Source: Bernardetia sp. ABR2-2B (lineage in GTDB: Bacteria; Bacteroidota; Bacteroidia; Cytophagales; Bernardetiaceae). Taken from it: DNA of 64,000 nucleotides. Positions 15,992 through 25,550 of the stretch are shown here, one piece after another (within the stretch, counting starts at the first letter, position 1; each line of letters starts with the position of its first letter). The position numbers and the translations under genes are program-made. Under the pieces are notes generated by a model. The model saw only the letters and a program-made list of their open reading frames with translations. It made no database searches and was not told the origin of the DNA. The stretch covers positions 1,907,293 to 1,971,292 of the forward strand of contig NZ_CP147020.1 of NCBI RefSeq assembly GCF_037126435.1, in the 5' to 3' direction.

Positions 15992-18964
15992 TTACTTCTT
16001 CTTTCCAAAACCACCCAAGCCTTTAAGTTTGTTCTTGAGATTTTCTGCTGCTTTTTCTACTGGATTTGTGGTCTTGGTAGAATCTGCTTTTGTTGTTTTG
16101 GTAGAATCGCTTTCGTCTTTATTTCCAAAGAAATCATCTAAAATATCTTTTCCTGTCTTGGTGGCTTCTTCTTTGAGCGTTTGGGTTGCTTTGGATTTTA
16201 TCTGTGCTTTAATAGCTGAATTATCCATTGCTACGCTAGGGCTGTCGTATGTTCCTCCAATATTAAAAAGTAACGGAATATTCTCATTTTCAATATCTTC
16301 TGGTTTTATTTTTACGAAACTACTAACAAGTGAAATAGCCTCTTCTTTCGGAACATCAACTTCTAAATGAAAATCAATTCCTCCATCTAGTGCTGTCGCT
16401 CCTCCAACTTTAGATTTATACCCTGCAAAATTCAAATCAAAAGGCTGAATATTCATCTTTCCATCTTCAATTTTAGTTTGCATCACTACATCTTTCAAAC
16501 GGCTATTTTTGAGTTTTGGCATATTAGTAACAGCAACTAATTTATTGATAGAAGGGTTATCTTTCATCATGGCATCAACAATTTTCATCATTCCACCACC
16601 TGAAAGCGTTTCCATATCTGGCATCATATCTGATTTTAGAAGCCCTGTAACATTAAAATTATTGAGTGAAAATTTTCCATCCAAACTTTCTGCTAGTGGT
16701 GCAAAAGCTTTCGCCGTAGAAAATGTTTTGAATGCCTCACCAATATTTGCCTCAATAATATCTAAGTCAAAAGAAAAAATAGGACGAGCTACATCTTTAC
16801 TACTATACAAACCACTTGTACGGAACTTTCCACCCACAGCATCAAAAGTGAGATTATCCATTCTGACTTCTCCATCTTTTACACGTACCAAACCACGCAT
16901 GTTATTGAGCTGCATATTATCATACAATACTTTTTCAATATTTGCATTAAATGTAAAATCAATATCTTTTGGTACTTCTACTACGCCAGTTTCATCTTCT
17001 ACTGTTGTTGGGTCATCTTCTTCGGTCATCCATTCATCTACATTGAATTGATTGGAAGTAAGGTTCATATTTCCACGAATGATAGGCGTTCCATCTTGAA
17101 AACCTGCCATAGCAAGTGCATAAGCGATATAATTTGAAAGTCCACCTGTAAGCGCAATATCACTTTTCCCTAAAAATCCTTGAAACGAATCCAAAATCAT
17201 TTGCTGAGGTGTAAAACTGACCTTTGCATTCGTAATTTTCATTCCCTGTGGTAAATCTACACTTGTAAAGACTAAATCTTTAACAGACAAATCTCCACTT
17301 GTAGGAAGCTCATCATATTTTTCGGCATCTAAAGCAGCCGTTGAGCCTTTTGTTTCGATGTCTGCCTTTATCAAACCTGTTACGGTCATATCATCTAAAG
17401 GAACAATTTTGGTAATGGTAACCAAATCTAATTCTCCTTTTATAGCCAAATCATAAACAAGGTTTTCAACTCCTTCAGTGTGTCCTATAACAGAAAATGG
17501 TTTTCCATCTACTTGCATCGTAATTTTTTCTAAATTGACACGAGTATTTTCCATTATTCCAGTGGTGTTTTTGGCATGTGCTTCTACTTCTAAATTTTCG
17601 ATAGGCACAGGATAAGCCAATGATTTTATGTAGCCATTCTTTAAAGTCATATCTGCATCAATGGTAGGAATACGGTTTTGAACTTCATCATAAACTCCTT
17701 TTGCCAAAAGTTTTAGATTGTACATTCCTTTTATTTCTAGGCTATCCATCGGATAAATTTCAGCAAGTTCGGCAAGATTAACTGTTGCATTGATATTTGC
17801 ATCAATATCATATTTCTCTAAACCTTGAACTCTGACTTTTCCATTAATTGGATTTTCTCCTAGATTCATTCCGAATGTTTTTATATCAATAACTGTATTA
17901 TTGAGGTCTGATGTAGTATTAACAACTTGCATATCAACATTTACATTATCAACAGCTGTCGGAAGCTCTGGATATTTGAAATATCCATCTTTTATTAAAA
18001 GTGTAATATCAAAGGCTGGATACAATTCTTTTTCTGAATTAAACTCTCCTTTTGTCATTCCTTTAAAAACAAACTCTCCTTTTGCATCTAATCCTTCATA
18101 ATCTTTCAAAAATACTGGAGGAATAAGTGATAAAAGACTTTTAAAATTCGTTTCAGGCGTTTCAAAACTCAAATCCATCATAATGGAAGCTGTATTTTCG
18201 GGCATACTAAGCCACCCATCCATTTTCAAAGGCAAATCATTGAGTTTAAATTCATTTTCTTTAAAAGTAAATTTCATATTTGCCATATCCATTTCCAAGG
18301 TCGCATCAGCAGAAACTGGTCTATGATTGATATAAGCTACTTTTTCGAAATTGATATACAAATCTTTAATCGTCGTATTTGTACTCAAATCATATTTATC
18401 AGTTGTAATATTTCCACTTCCTGTATGATTTAGTCCATCAATAATAGCAATCATCTTTAAAGTATCATCTTGATAACGCATTCTTCCATCTGTGATATTC
18501 CATTTTTCTAATCCAATTTCGAAGGCTGCTGTATCTGCCTCTGTGGTTTCTTCTGTTGTTGTGCTTTCATAAATATCATAACTTGCTCTACCATCTTTCA
18601 AAACACGCACATTTACAAGAGGCTTGTCGGCATAAATACTATGAATCTCTACTTTATCGCCAAAAACAGACATAAAATTAAGTGCCAGTTCAAAATTTTG
18701 GGCTGCCAAAAGTGTATCTCCTTCAAATGGTGCACGATTGACAACGCTAATATCTTCTAATTGAACAGTCAATTTCGGAAAATGACGTAAGATAGAAATA
18801 TCAAAATCTCCAAACTTTACATCTGCCAAGACTTGCTCACTAGCTACCTTTTCTACTTTAGCCTTTAATTGGTCTTTGAAAAGAACTGGAACAAGAAAAA
18901 CTGCACCTACTAGCAAAACTAACAGGACAATTATAGCGATAGATATTTTTTTTACTACTTTCAT
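15992..18964 (-). CDS. AsmA-family / TamB-like outer-membrane biogenesis protein
   Basis: 990 aa with N-terminal TM anchor, long beta-rich body and K/T-rich tail. Internal antisense ORFs look spurious. Confidence 0.55.
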   Translation of the reverse strand: MKVVKKISIAIIVLLVLLVGAVFLVPVLFKDQLKAKVEKVASEQVLADVKFGDFDISILRHFPKLTVQLEDISVVNRAPFEGDTLLAAQNFELALNFMSVFGDKVEIHSIYADKPLVNVRVLKDGRASYDIYESTTTEETTEADTAAFEIGLEKWNITDGRMRYQDDTLKMIAIIDGLNHTGSGNITTDKYDLSTNTTIKDLYINFEKVAYINHRPVSADATLEMDMANMKFTFKENEFKLNDLPLKMDGWLSMPENTASIMMDLSFETPETNFKSLLSLIPPVFLKDYEGLDAKGEFVFKGMTKGEFNSEKELYPAFDITLLIKDGYFKYPELPTAVDNVNVDMQVVNTTSDLNNTVIDIKTFGMNLGENPINGKVRVQGLEKYDIDANINATVNLAELAEIYPMDSLEIKGMYNLKLLAKGVYDEVQNRIPTIDADMTLKNGYIKSLAYPVPIENLEVEAHAKNTTGIMENTRVNLEKITMQVDGKPFSVIGHTEGVENLVYDLAIKGELDLVTITKIVPLDDMTVTGLIKADIETKGSTAALDAEKYDELPTSGDLSVKDLVFTSVDLPQGMKITNAKVSFTPQQMILDSFQGFLGKSDIALTGGLSNYIAYALAMAGFQDGTPIIRGNMNLTSNQFNVDEWMTEEDDPTTVEDETGVVEVPKDIDFTFNANIEKVLYDNMQLNNMRGLVRVKDGEVRMDNLTFDAVGGKFRTSGLYSSKDVARPIFSFDLDIIEANIGEAFKTFSTAKAFAPLAESLDGKFSLNNFNVTGLLKSDMMPDMETLSGGGMMKIVDAMMKDNPSINKLVAVTNMPKLKNSRLKDVVMQTKIEDGKMNIQPFDLNFAGYKSKVGGATALDGGIDFHLEVDVPKEEAISLVSSFVKIKPEDIENENIPLLFNIGGTYDSPSVAMDNSAIKAQIKSKATQTLKEEATKTGKDILDDFFGNKDESDSTKTTKADSTKTTNPVEKAAENLKNKLKGLGGFGKKK

Positions 18965-19332
18965 ATTAATTTATCGAATGTATTTGAAGAATGAGGAATC
19001 TCGTTTTTGAGAAAAAATGGAATTTTAGTTTAAAGATAATGAAAAAGATAATCATTTTACTCAAAAAATAATTTAGGGCATGTCATAAATCAACTCTAAA
19101 AGATAAGAAGCGAGAAGTCAAATTTTTGGATGTGTAGAAGAGCTTAGTGATTGAAAGAATGCTTTGGAAGTGGAACTATTCTATAAAAAAATCATTGCTT
19201 TGATTTTTGATAAAAATTGGAATAGGTTTAATATTGAGTTAGAGATAAAAAAGTGCGAAGGTTTGATTGTATTAAGTTGAGTTTGAAAACTCTAATCTCC
19301 AAGGAAATCAAATACTGCTTTTGAAGTATTTT

Positions 19333-20046
19333 TTACATATCAATATTAGCAATTCGAATCAGTTTTTCTTTATTCAAAATACGGATTTCTTTGCCTTTTA
19401 GTTCTATTATTTTATCTGTATTAAGTTCCGAAAGATAACGAATAGCACTTTCTGTGGCAGTTCCGACAAGGTTCGCTATTTCTTCTCTACTCAAACGAAT
19501 ATCAATAACTTCTACATTTTCTTTATTTGGGTAACGATTATGTAAAAGCAAAAGCACTTCTGCAAGGCGTTCTCTAACTGATTTTTGCATCCAGTTAGTA
19601 AGGCGTTGTTCCATATCCTGTGTGTCTTTTGCCATTACTTGCATCATACGACGAGGGAAGTCTTTGTTATCATCTATTATGTCTAAAAATGTAGAATTGG
19701 GTACAAAGCAAACAATAGCCTCATCTAAAGCCTCTGCTGAAACGTTGTAAGGCTGCTGACTAAGTAAAGAATTATAACCTAAAATTTCTCCATCAGAAGC
19801 TATTTTGACAATCTGTTCCTTTCCATCTACTCCTAACTTAGTTAGTTTTACTTTTCCTTCATATATACAATGAATACCAATAGCACGAGAACCTTCATAG
19901 AATAAATTTTGCCCTCGTTTATAAAAATTGCACCCTTTATTAGCAGACATATTTGCGACTTCGTCTTCTGACAAATCACAAAAAACAGAGGTCGCTCGTT
20001 TTGGACAGGTTTCACATTTTGGAAACTCAACTTTTCTCTTTTTCAT
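19333..20046 (-). CDS. Crp/Fnr-family transcriptional regulator (FNR-like, N-terminal Cys cluster)
   Basis: N-terminal 'CETCPKRATSVFC' cysteine cluster, cNMP-binding fold, C-terminal HTH 'REEIANLVGTATESAIRYLSEL'. Adjacent to the cbb3 oxidase cluster. Confidence 0.8.
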   Translation of the reverse strand: MKKRKVEFPKCETCPKRATSVFCDLSEDEVANMSANKGCNFYKRGQNLFYEGSRAIGIHCIYEGKVKLTKLGVDGKEQIVKIASDGEILGYNSLLSQQPYNVSAEALDEAIVCFVPNSTFLDIIDDNKDFPRRMMQVMAKDTQDMEQRLTNWMQKSVRERLAEVLLLLHNRYPNKENVEVIDIRLSREEIANLVGTATESAIRYLSELNTDKIIELKGKEIRILNKEKLIRIANIDM

Positions 20047-20127
20047 ATATAGTATTAGCTTTTTATTTTGTAAATATCACTTATTGTACTATCATTAAAA
20101 CTAAAAAATGTTTTCTAAAAAATCAAG

Positions 20128-20799
20128 TTAATGGCAATTAGCTATGCCATTTTGCCAAGAAATAATTCCCATTCCAAAAAACCAAATTCCCATTAGTATA
20201 AAAGCATAAGGATAAATGACTTTTAACTTCTGAAAAACGATATTTTTAGTGTTTACTCTTTGAGATATTTTTTTTGAGAAATAAATAGAAGTTAGAAGCA
20301 AAGGTAAAGTTCCCAAACCAAAACCTGCCATAAAAACTCCCCCCTCCAAACTTGTTCCTGTAGCTACTGCTCCCAAAAGTGCAAAATAAACCAACCCACA
20401 AGGTAAAAGACCATTCAGAAGTCCTGCAAAAAATAACTTGTAAGGTTTTTTATCAAATAAATAATTTCCTATCAAAGGTGTAATTTTTTGAGAAATCCAT
20501 TTTAAAATAGAAATTTTATTAGTTATAGTATCTAAATTAAAGCTAAAAAGACCTGATAAAATAAGTGTTCCTCCCAACAAAAAAGCTGCGTAACTCTGCC
20601 AATTAGAAAAAAATAAAGCCTGTCCGATGAATCCTACACCCATTCCTAAAACTATGTATGTCAAAACTCTTCCTAGTTGATAAAAGAAAAGCTTTTGTAT
20701 AAATTTCTCTCCCTGCATAAACGCAAACATCAGAGGAGCGCACATTCCGACACAATGTAAGCTACCTGTAAGACCGAGAAGCAAAGCTGGAAAAAACAT
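20128..20799 (-). CDS. TauE/SafE-like membrane protein (cco-cluster-associated, HCxGMC / PCG motifs)
   Basis: Polytopic membrane protein with 'GSLHCVGMCAP' and 'GLLPCG' motifs. This family is commonly found at the end of Bacteroidetes cco clusters. Confidence 0.5.
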   Translation of the reverse strand: MFFPALLLGLTGSLHCVGMCAPLMFAFMQGEKFIQKLFFYQLGRVLTYIVLGMGVGFIGQALFFSNWQSYAAFLLGGTLILSGLFSFNLDTITNKISILKWISQKITPLIGNYLFDKKPYKLFFAGLLNGLLPCGLVYFALLGAVATGTSLEGGVFMAGFGLGTLPLLLTSIYFSKKISQRVNTKNIVFQKLKVIYPYAFILMGIWFFGMGIISWQNGIANCH

Positions 20800-21045
20800 G
20801 TTTTTTAATTGTGAATGATGAATAATAAATTATGAGTTTTCTTTTGTTTCGTATTTCAAAAAACAAAAGCCATACTACTAGACATGTTTACTAAATAGGC
20901 TAGTCCCAAAGAACAGACTGTCTATTGAAAACTAAAAACACCAAAAATATCACTACAAACGGTCTGCTCTACGAGGCTGACCTACGTGAAAATAAAGAAC
21001 CAATAGCTTTTGTATAGTAGTATGAACAAAAACCTCAAAACACAT

Positions 21046-22299
21046 CTAAGAAAATAAACGTTGAACATTATCTAAAAACAGCTTTTGATTATCAGTAGAA
21101 GATGGTTTGGTAAGTTCAGTTTTAAGATTAACAACAGGAATACGCATTGCCTTTTGTGTAAAATCAGTTAGCATTTGCATCATCAGTTTTTTATTTTTTT
21201 CGTCTAGTTCAGAACTATATTTATTCGAAATATTATTTTTGAGCTGCTCTAAAGCTACTTTGAAAGGATGAAGCATAGATATATATTCGTGTTCTGTTTT
21301 CCATTTTTCAAAATCAGTAATTCCCTCTTCCAAAATTTGATATACAAATGGCAAAGCTGCTATTCGTTTCTGCCTAACTATATTTGTTTGTTCTTTTAGG
21401 TCGTCGATATTATAGATAGTTACAAATTCAGAGAGTTTGCTTTCAATGCTTCTTGGCATCGACAAATCCAAAAAATATTGGTCAGAATGTGTATTTTTTG
21501 TATTAATGTTCGAAAGGTTGAAAAAATTGGGTTGAGCAATAGAGCTTATCAAAACATCTACTTTTTGAGCTTCCTCAAAAACTTCTGAAAACTCTACCAT
21601 TTCATACGCATTTTCAGTAGCCAAAATAGCTGATTTTACGACTGTTCGATTTGTAATTTTTACATTTTTGATACCCATTTTTCTCAAATTACGAACTGTA
21701 TCAGCACCTATTTTCCCTATTCCTACAACCAAAATTTCTAGTTGCTTCTCCTTGTTGTCTTGGCATAACTTCCTAACCAAATCAGCCGTGGCAAAAGAAA
21801 CAGAAGCTACACCACTTCGGAAAACAGTTTGAGTAGTAATTTTTTTACTTGCCTGTAAAACAAAACTTACCAATTTATGAAAATAAGTTCCGATAGTTCC
21901 TATTTCGTCAGCTAATTGATAGGCTTGTTTTATTTGATGTGTAATTTGCCAATCTCCTACAATTTGTGAATCTACTCCTACACTAACTTCAAAAAAACGC
22001 TTAATTACTTCTTCTGAATTAGCATTGTATTTAAAACCCGTTTCCATTATCTTTTTACTAGAAATAGATTTCAATTGAGCAACTTCTTCTTTTATAATAG
22101 AAAATGATTTTTTCGTTCCATACCAATATATTTCAGTACGATTACAAGTAGAAAGCACAAAAATTTCTTTTATAGACGCTGAATTTTGGAAGGAAAGCAA
22201 AAGGGTTTCAATTTCTCTTTCAGATAGAGAAAAAAGTTCTCTAGTAGGTACGTCAGCTTCCTTATACGTAATGTAGAGTGTGTGAAATGAGTTTTCCAT
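21046..22299 (-). CDS. hemA: Glutamyl-tRNA reductase
   Basis: 'VLSTCNRTEIY' catalytic-Cys motif and NADP-binding 'VVGIGKIG'. Confidence 0.8.
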   Translation of the reverse strand: MENSFHTLYITYKEADVPTRELFSLSEREIETLLLSFQNSASIKEIFVLSTCNRTEIYWYGTKKSFSIIKEEVAQLKSISSKKIMETGFKYNANSEEVIKRFFEVSVGVDSQIVGDWQITHQIKQAYQLADEIGTIGTYFHKLVSFVLQASKKITTQTVFRSGVASVSFATADLVRKLCQDNKEKQLEILVVGIGKIGADTVRNLRKMGIKNVKITNRTVVKSAILATENAYEMVEFSEVFEEAQKVDVLISSIAQPNFFNLSNINTKNTHSDQYFLDLSMPRSIESKLSEFVTIYNIDDLKEQTNIVRQKRIAALPFVYQILEEGITDFEKWKTEHEYISMLHPFKVALEQLKNNISNKYSSELDEKNKKLMMQMLTDFTQKAMRIPVVNLKTELTKPSSTDNQKLFLDNVQRLFS

Positions 22300-22311
22300 A
22301 ATTTTATTTTT

Positions 22312-22803
22312 TTAGTTAGAAGCTACCAAAATTGTTTCTTGAAAGAATTTTTTATTATTTCCTATTCTGTCTTCTTGTGTCCATGACAATTTTACTTTCC
22401 AAAGTCCTTGTTCTATTTTCTCTGTAATAAGTTGGTGGTTTGGTTTTGTTAGCTTAATTGGAAGTGAAAAATCTAAATCTTTGTCTGAAGGTCTGAAAAA
22501 AGCAATTTGTCCCGTTATTTTATCTACGTCTAAACTGTCAGAAACTGGAAATTTTATTTCTACATTTCCATTTTCTAACTGTTTTATGGTTGGCTTTGCT
22601 TTAAGTGCAGCTACATTTTTTCGTTCATTTATCTGTCTTTGAAAATCAATACCTTCTGTGTAATAATTTTCTGTTACGAGTTCTATTTTCTGTTGCATAG
22701 ACATAAAAACCAGTGATAACATAAAAATTACAAAGGCAGAGTAAAACAAGAAAATACCTGTTCCCCAATTAAATTTGTTCCAAAGTGTCGTTAGAATATT
22801 CAT
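22312..22803 (-). CDS. FixH/CcoH-family protein
   Basis: 163 aa, single N-terminal TM then periplasmic domain; directly downstream of ccoG. Confidence 0.55.
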   Translation of the reverse strand: MNILTTLWNKFNWGTGIFLFYSAFVIFMLSLVFMSMQQKIELVTENYYTEGIDFQRQINERKNVAALKAKPTIKQLENGNVEIKFPVSDSLDVDKITGQIAFFRPSDKDLDFSLPIKLTKPNHQLITEKIEQGLWKVKLSWTQEDRIGNNKKFFQETILVASN

Positions 22804-22859
22804 AGTTTTCTTTTTTTAAAAACCGTCGTTGAGGTTCAAATGCAACCGTCAACGAGGAT

Positions 22860-24326
22860 TTAGTTTGCTATAAAAGGCGATAAAAATTTAGTATTTACAG
22901 TTTCTATTTCTTCTCCATTTGAGAATATTTGCAAATGAATATCTTCTCTTTTATTAGGTAATTTATCTTTTGGAAAATCTATTAAAACAACTCCTTTTAT
23001 GGTTTGCTCTGGTAGAAGCTGATAGCTTTCTGTTCCAATCATTTGGAGTGTTCCGTTTTCTTCCTTCAACTCTATATTCATATCCAATGTATCATTTGTT
23101 TTGTTGATAAGAAGGACAGTAAACATATTCCGAATATCTCCAGTTTCTGTGGTCTGGTAGGTAGTTCCTTGCGCTCTCAAAACGATTGTTTCTACCTGTG
23201 TACGAATAGCCAAAAGGCTAACCATTGCAACAATAAGCAGCATCAAAACGGCAGAATAAGCAATCATACGAGTAGTAAATCTAAATTTTTGCTTTTTCTC
23301 AATTTCATTTCTTGAAGCATAACGAACCAATCCACGAGGCAAATCAAATTTATCCATTATCGAATCACAAGCATCAATACAAGCCGTACAGTTTACGCAT
23401 TCTAGTTGCGTTCCGTTTCTGATGTCAATTCCTGTCGGACAAACATCTACACACAAATGACAATCTACACAATCTCCTCTTGGGTCTTTTGCTCGTTCTA
23501 TTGGGTCGCTTTCTCGTTTTCCTTTTCCTCTTGGCTCTCCTCTGACCTCGTCATACGCTACTACAATTGAATCATTATCTAACAAAACACCTTGCAAACG
23601 ACCATAAGGACAAATTGTAGTACAAACCTGTTCTCTCAAAAAAGCAAAAACGCCATAAAACAAAAACGTAAAAACCACTAAGGCAACAAACAAACTCAAA
23701 TGCTCAAAAGGAGTATCTCCAAACAAAACCCAAAGCCTATCGACTCCGACCATATATGCCAAAAAAGTATGACTAATCAGAAACGAAATTCCTAAGAAGA
23801 TAGAATGTTTGGCAGTCTTTTTACCTATTTTTTCAGCATCCCATTCTTGCTTATTGAGCTTCTTTTGTGCTGCTGAATCGCCTTCAATAAAGTATTCAAT
23901 TTTACGAAAAACCATTTCCATAAAAATCGTTTGAGGACATACCCAACCACAAAAAACTCTACCAAAAACTACCGTAAAAATCACGATAAAGACAATAAAG
24001 AGTAACATTCCCAAGACAAACAGATGAAAATCCTGAGGTGTAAAAAGCTGTCCAAAAATCACAAAACGCCTAGAAAGAACATCAAAAAGCAATAAAGGAT
24101 TATCATTAATTTTGATAAAAGGTGCGCCAAATAAAAATACTAATAGAAAAGCAGCTACGATTTTTCTAAAAAAATGATAACGACCACTTGGAGCTTTTGG
24201 ATAAATCCAAGCACGTTTTCCAGAAGAATCTATTGTAGAAATACTATCTCTAAACTCGTCTTTGTCGTAATCGGTAACTTTATACTTCTTTTTTCTGGTT
24301 GGTTTTTTTGGCTCTTCTTGTTTCAT
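22860..24326 (-). CDS. ccoG: Cytochrome c oxidase accessory protein CcoG (4Fe-4S ferredoxin-type)
   Basis: 'CVDCHLCVDVCP' and 'CVNCTACIDAC' ferredoxin motifs, multiple TM helices, position after ccoP. Confidence 0.85.
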   Translation of the reverse strand: MKQEEPKKPTRKKKYKVTDYDKDEFRDSISTIDSSGKRAWIYPKAPSGRYHFFRKIVAAFLLVFLFGAPFIKINDNPLLLFDVLSRRFVIFGQLFTPQDFHLFVLGMLLFIVFIVIFTVVFGRVFCGWVCPQTIFMEMVFRKIEYFIEGDSAAQKKLNKQEWDAEKIGKKTAKHSIFLGISFLISHTFLAYMVGVDRLWVLFGDTPFEHLSLFVALVVFTFLFYGVFAFLREQVCTTICPYGRLQGVLLDNDSIVVAYDEVRGEPRGKGKRESDPIERAKDPRGDCVDCHLCVDVCPTGIDIRNGTQLECVNCTACIDACDSIMDKFDLPRGLVRYASRNEIEKKQKFRFTTRMIAYSAVLMLLIVAMVSLLAIRTQVETIVLRAQGTTYQTTETGDIRNMFTVLLINKTNDTLDMNIELKEENGTLQMIGTESYQLLPEQTIKGVVLIDFPKDKLPNKREDIHLQIFSNGEEIETVNTKFLSPFIAN

Positions 24327-24380
24327 AGCTTTGCTGTTTAGTCCCTTAGGGTTTCTAAAAACCCTAAGGGACTGATTCTT

Positions 24381-25283
24381 TTATTGTTCTTTTATCGGTT
24401 CATATTTTTCTCCTTGCGGGTCTTTTGCATTCGGAGGGTTCGAACCTTGCAACGATATAATGAAACTAGATACTTCTTGAATTTCTTGTGGTGAGAGTTG
24501 GTCTTTCCACGAAATCATACCTTTAGCTGCAACACCATATTTTACAGTCTTAAAAATAGATTTTATATCGCCACCGTGTAGCCAGTATTCATCTGTTAGA
24601 TTAGGTCCTGAAAGTCCTTCAGCATTTTCTCCGTGACAGGTACGACATTTTTTTACAAATAGCGTTTTTCCTTTTGTTATTCCTGCAATATCAGCTAATT
24701 CTACATTATTTTCATCAATAGAATTTGCCATTTTAGCCAAATATTGAGCCTTCAAGACGTTTCCTTCTGCTACGGCAACTTGATACTCTTCTGTCGAATC
24801 AGGTGCTATTCCGTTTACATAAACCAAGAAATAAATTATTCCTGCAACAATAGAAAGGTAAAAACCATATTTCCACCACGGTGGAAGGTCATTGTCTAAC
24901 TCTTGAATACCATCATAATCATGATTCATCAAAACAGCTCTTTCAGGCTTAGCTGCATTAAATTTTTTCCAAAACCACTCTGAAAATGATTCTGTGTCTT
25001 CTTCCTCTACTAGCTCACCTCTAGCAATTTTTTCTCTTTTAAGGACTGACTGACTATAATTATAGACAGAAAGACTGGCAATCAAGACCAAAATCACAAT
25101 GATAAATGAAAGAGCTAGAAGTATAATTACACCAAACTCTAAAGGAGAAAAATCAGTAGAAATTCCACTTGTATTTTGTGCAAAACTGTTTTGAGAAAAT
25201 AGAGAAAACGAAATCATTAGAAACAGCCATCTAAATTCCCCTTTCTTTTTTTGATTGAATAAATTATATACTTTCTGTTTCAT
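24381..25283 (-). CDS. ccoP: cbb3-type cytochrome c oxidase subunit CcoP (c-type cytochrome)
   Basis: 'CRTCHG' heme-binding site and a TM anchor. Track ORF extends to 25331 via an alternative start; start chosen at 'MKQKVYNLF'. Confidence 0.7.
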   Translation of the reverse strand: MKQKVYNLFNQKKKGEFRWLFLMISFSLFSQNSFAQNTSGISTDFSPLEFGVIILLALSFIIVILVLIASLSVYNYSQSVLKREKIARGELVEEEDTESFSEWFWKKFNAAKPERAVLMNHDYDGIQELDNDLPPWWKYGFYLSIVAGIIYFLVYVNGIAPDSTEEYQVAVAEGNVLKAQYLAKMANSIDENNVELADIAGITKGKTLFVKKCRTCHGENAEGLSGPNLTDEYWLHGGDIKSIFKTVKYGVAAKGMISWKDQLSPQEIQEVSSFIISLQGSNPPNAKDPQGEKYEPIKEQ

Positions 25284-25485
25284 TTTGTGTATTATTTTGA
25301 GTAAATGAATTAGAATGATTGTTTGTAGCATCTTCTAAGGGCAAGTTTTCCCAATGAGCTACGTTTGTTTTTTTAGCTGAATACACATTGATTATCATTA
25401 TTACAAAGACAGAAAAGAATATAATCACTCCTATCATTGGATAAATATCAATGCCTTCTATGGCTCTAGCTACGTCTTTATACAT
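25264..25485 (-). CDS. ccoQ: CcoQ-like small membrane subunit of cbb3 oxidase
   Basis: 73 aa; 'MIGVIIFFSVFVIMIINVYSAKK' single TM with FxxF...Y..KK pattern; lies between ccoNO and ccoP. Confidence 0.55.
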   Translation of the reverse strand: MYKDVARAIEGIDIYPMIGVIIFFSVFVIMIINVYSAKKTNVAHWENLPLEDATNNHSNSFTQNNTQNETESI

Positions 25486-25550
25486 CGTTTTTATATTTTT
25501 AATTTAGACCCTAAGGGTTTCGAAAACCCTTAGGGTCTTATAGTATCTGT

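Noticed and set aside
16029-17051. Antisense ORFs (113 and 180 aa) inside the AsmA-family gene
   Set aside because: Low-complexity S/T/F-rich translations on the opposite strand of a long, clearly coding gene; typical shadow ORFs.
20800-21045. Possible riboswitch/structured leader between TauE-like gene and hemA ('ggtctgctctacgaggctgacc')
   Set aside because: The segment is only weakly self-complementary and lies downstream of hemA rather than in a 5' leader. No known riboswitch consensus was recognised.
24425-24445. tRNA T-arm-like 'gggttcgaacc' motif
   Set aside because: It lies inside the ccoP coding sequence, with no acceptor stem or anticodon-arm structure around it.
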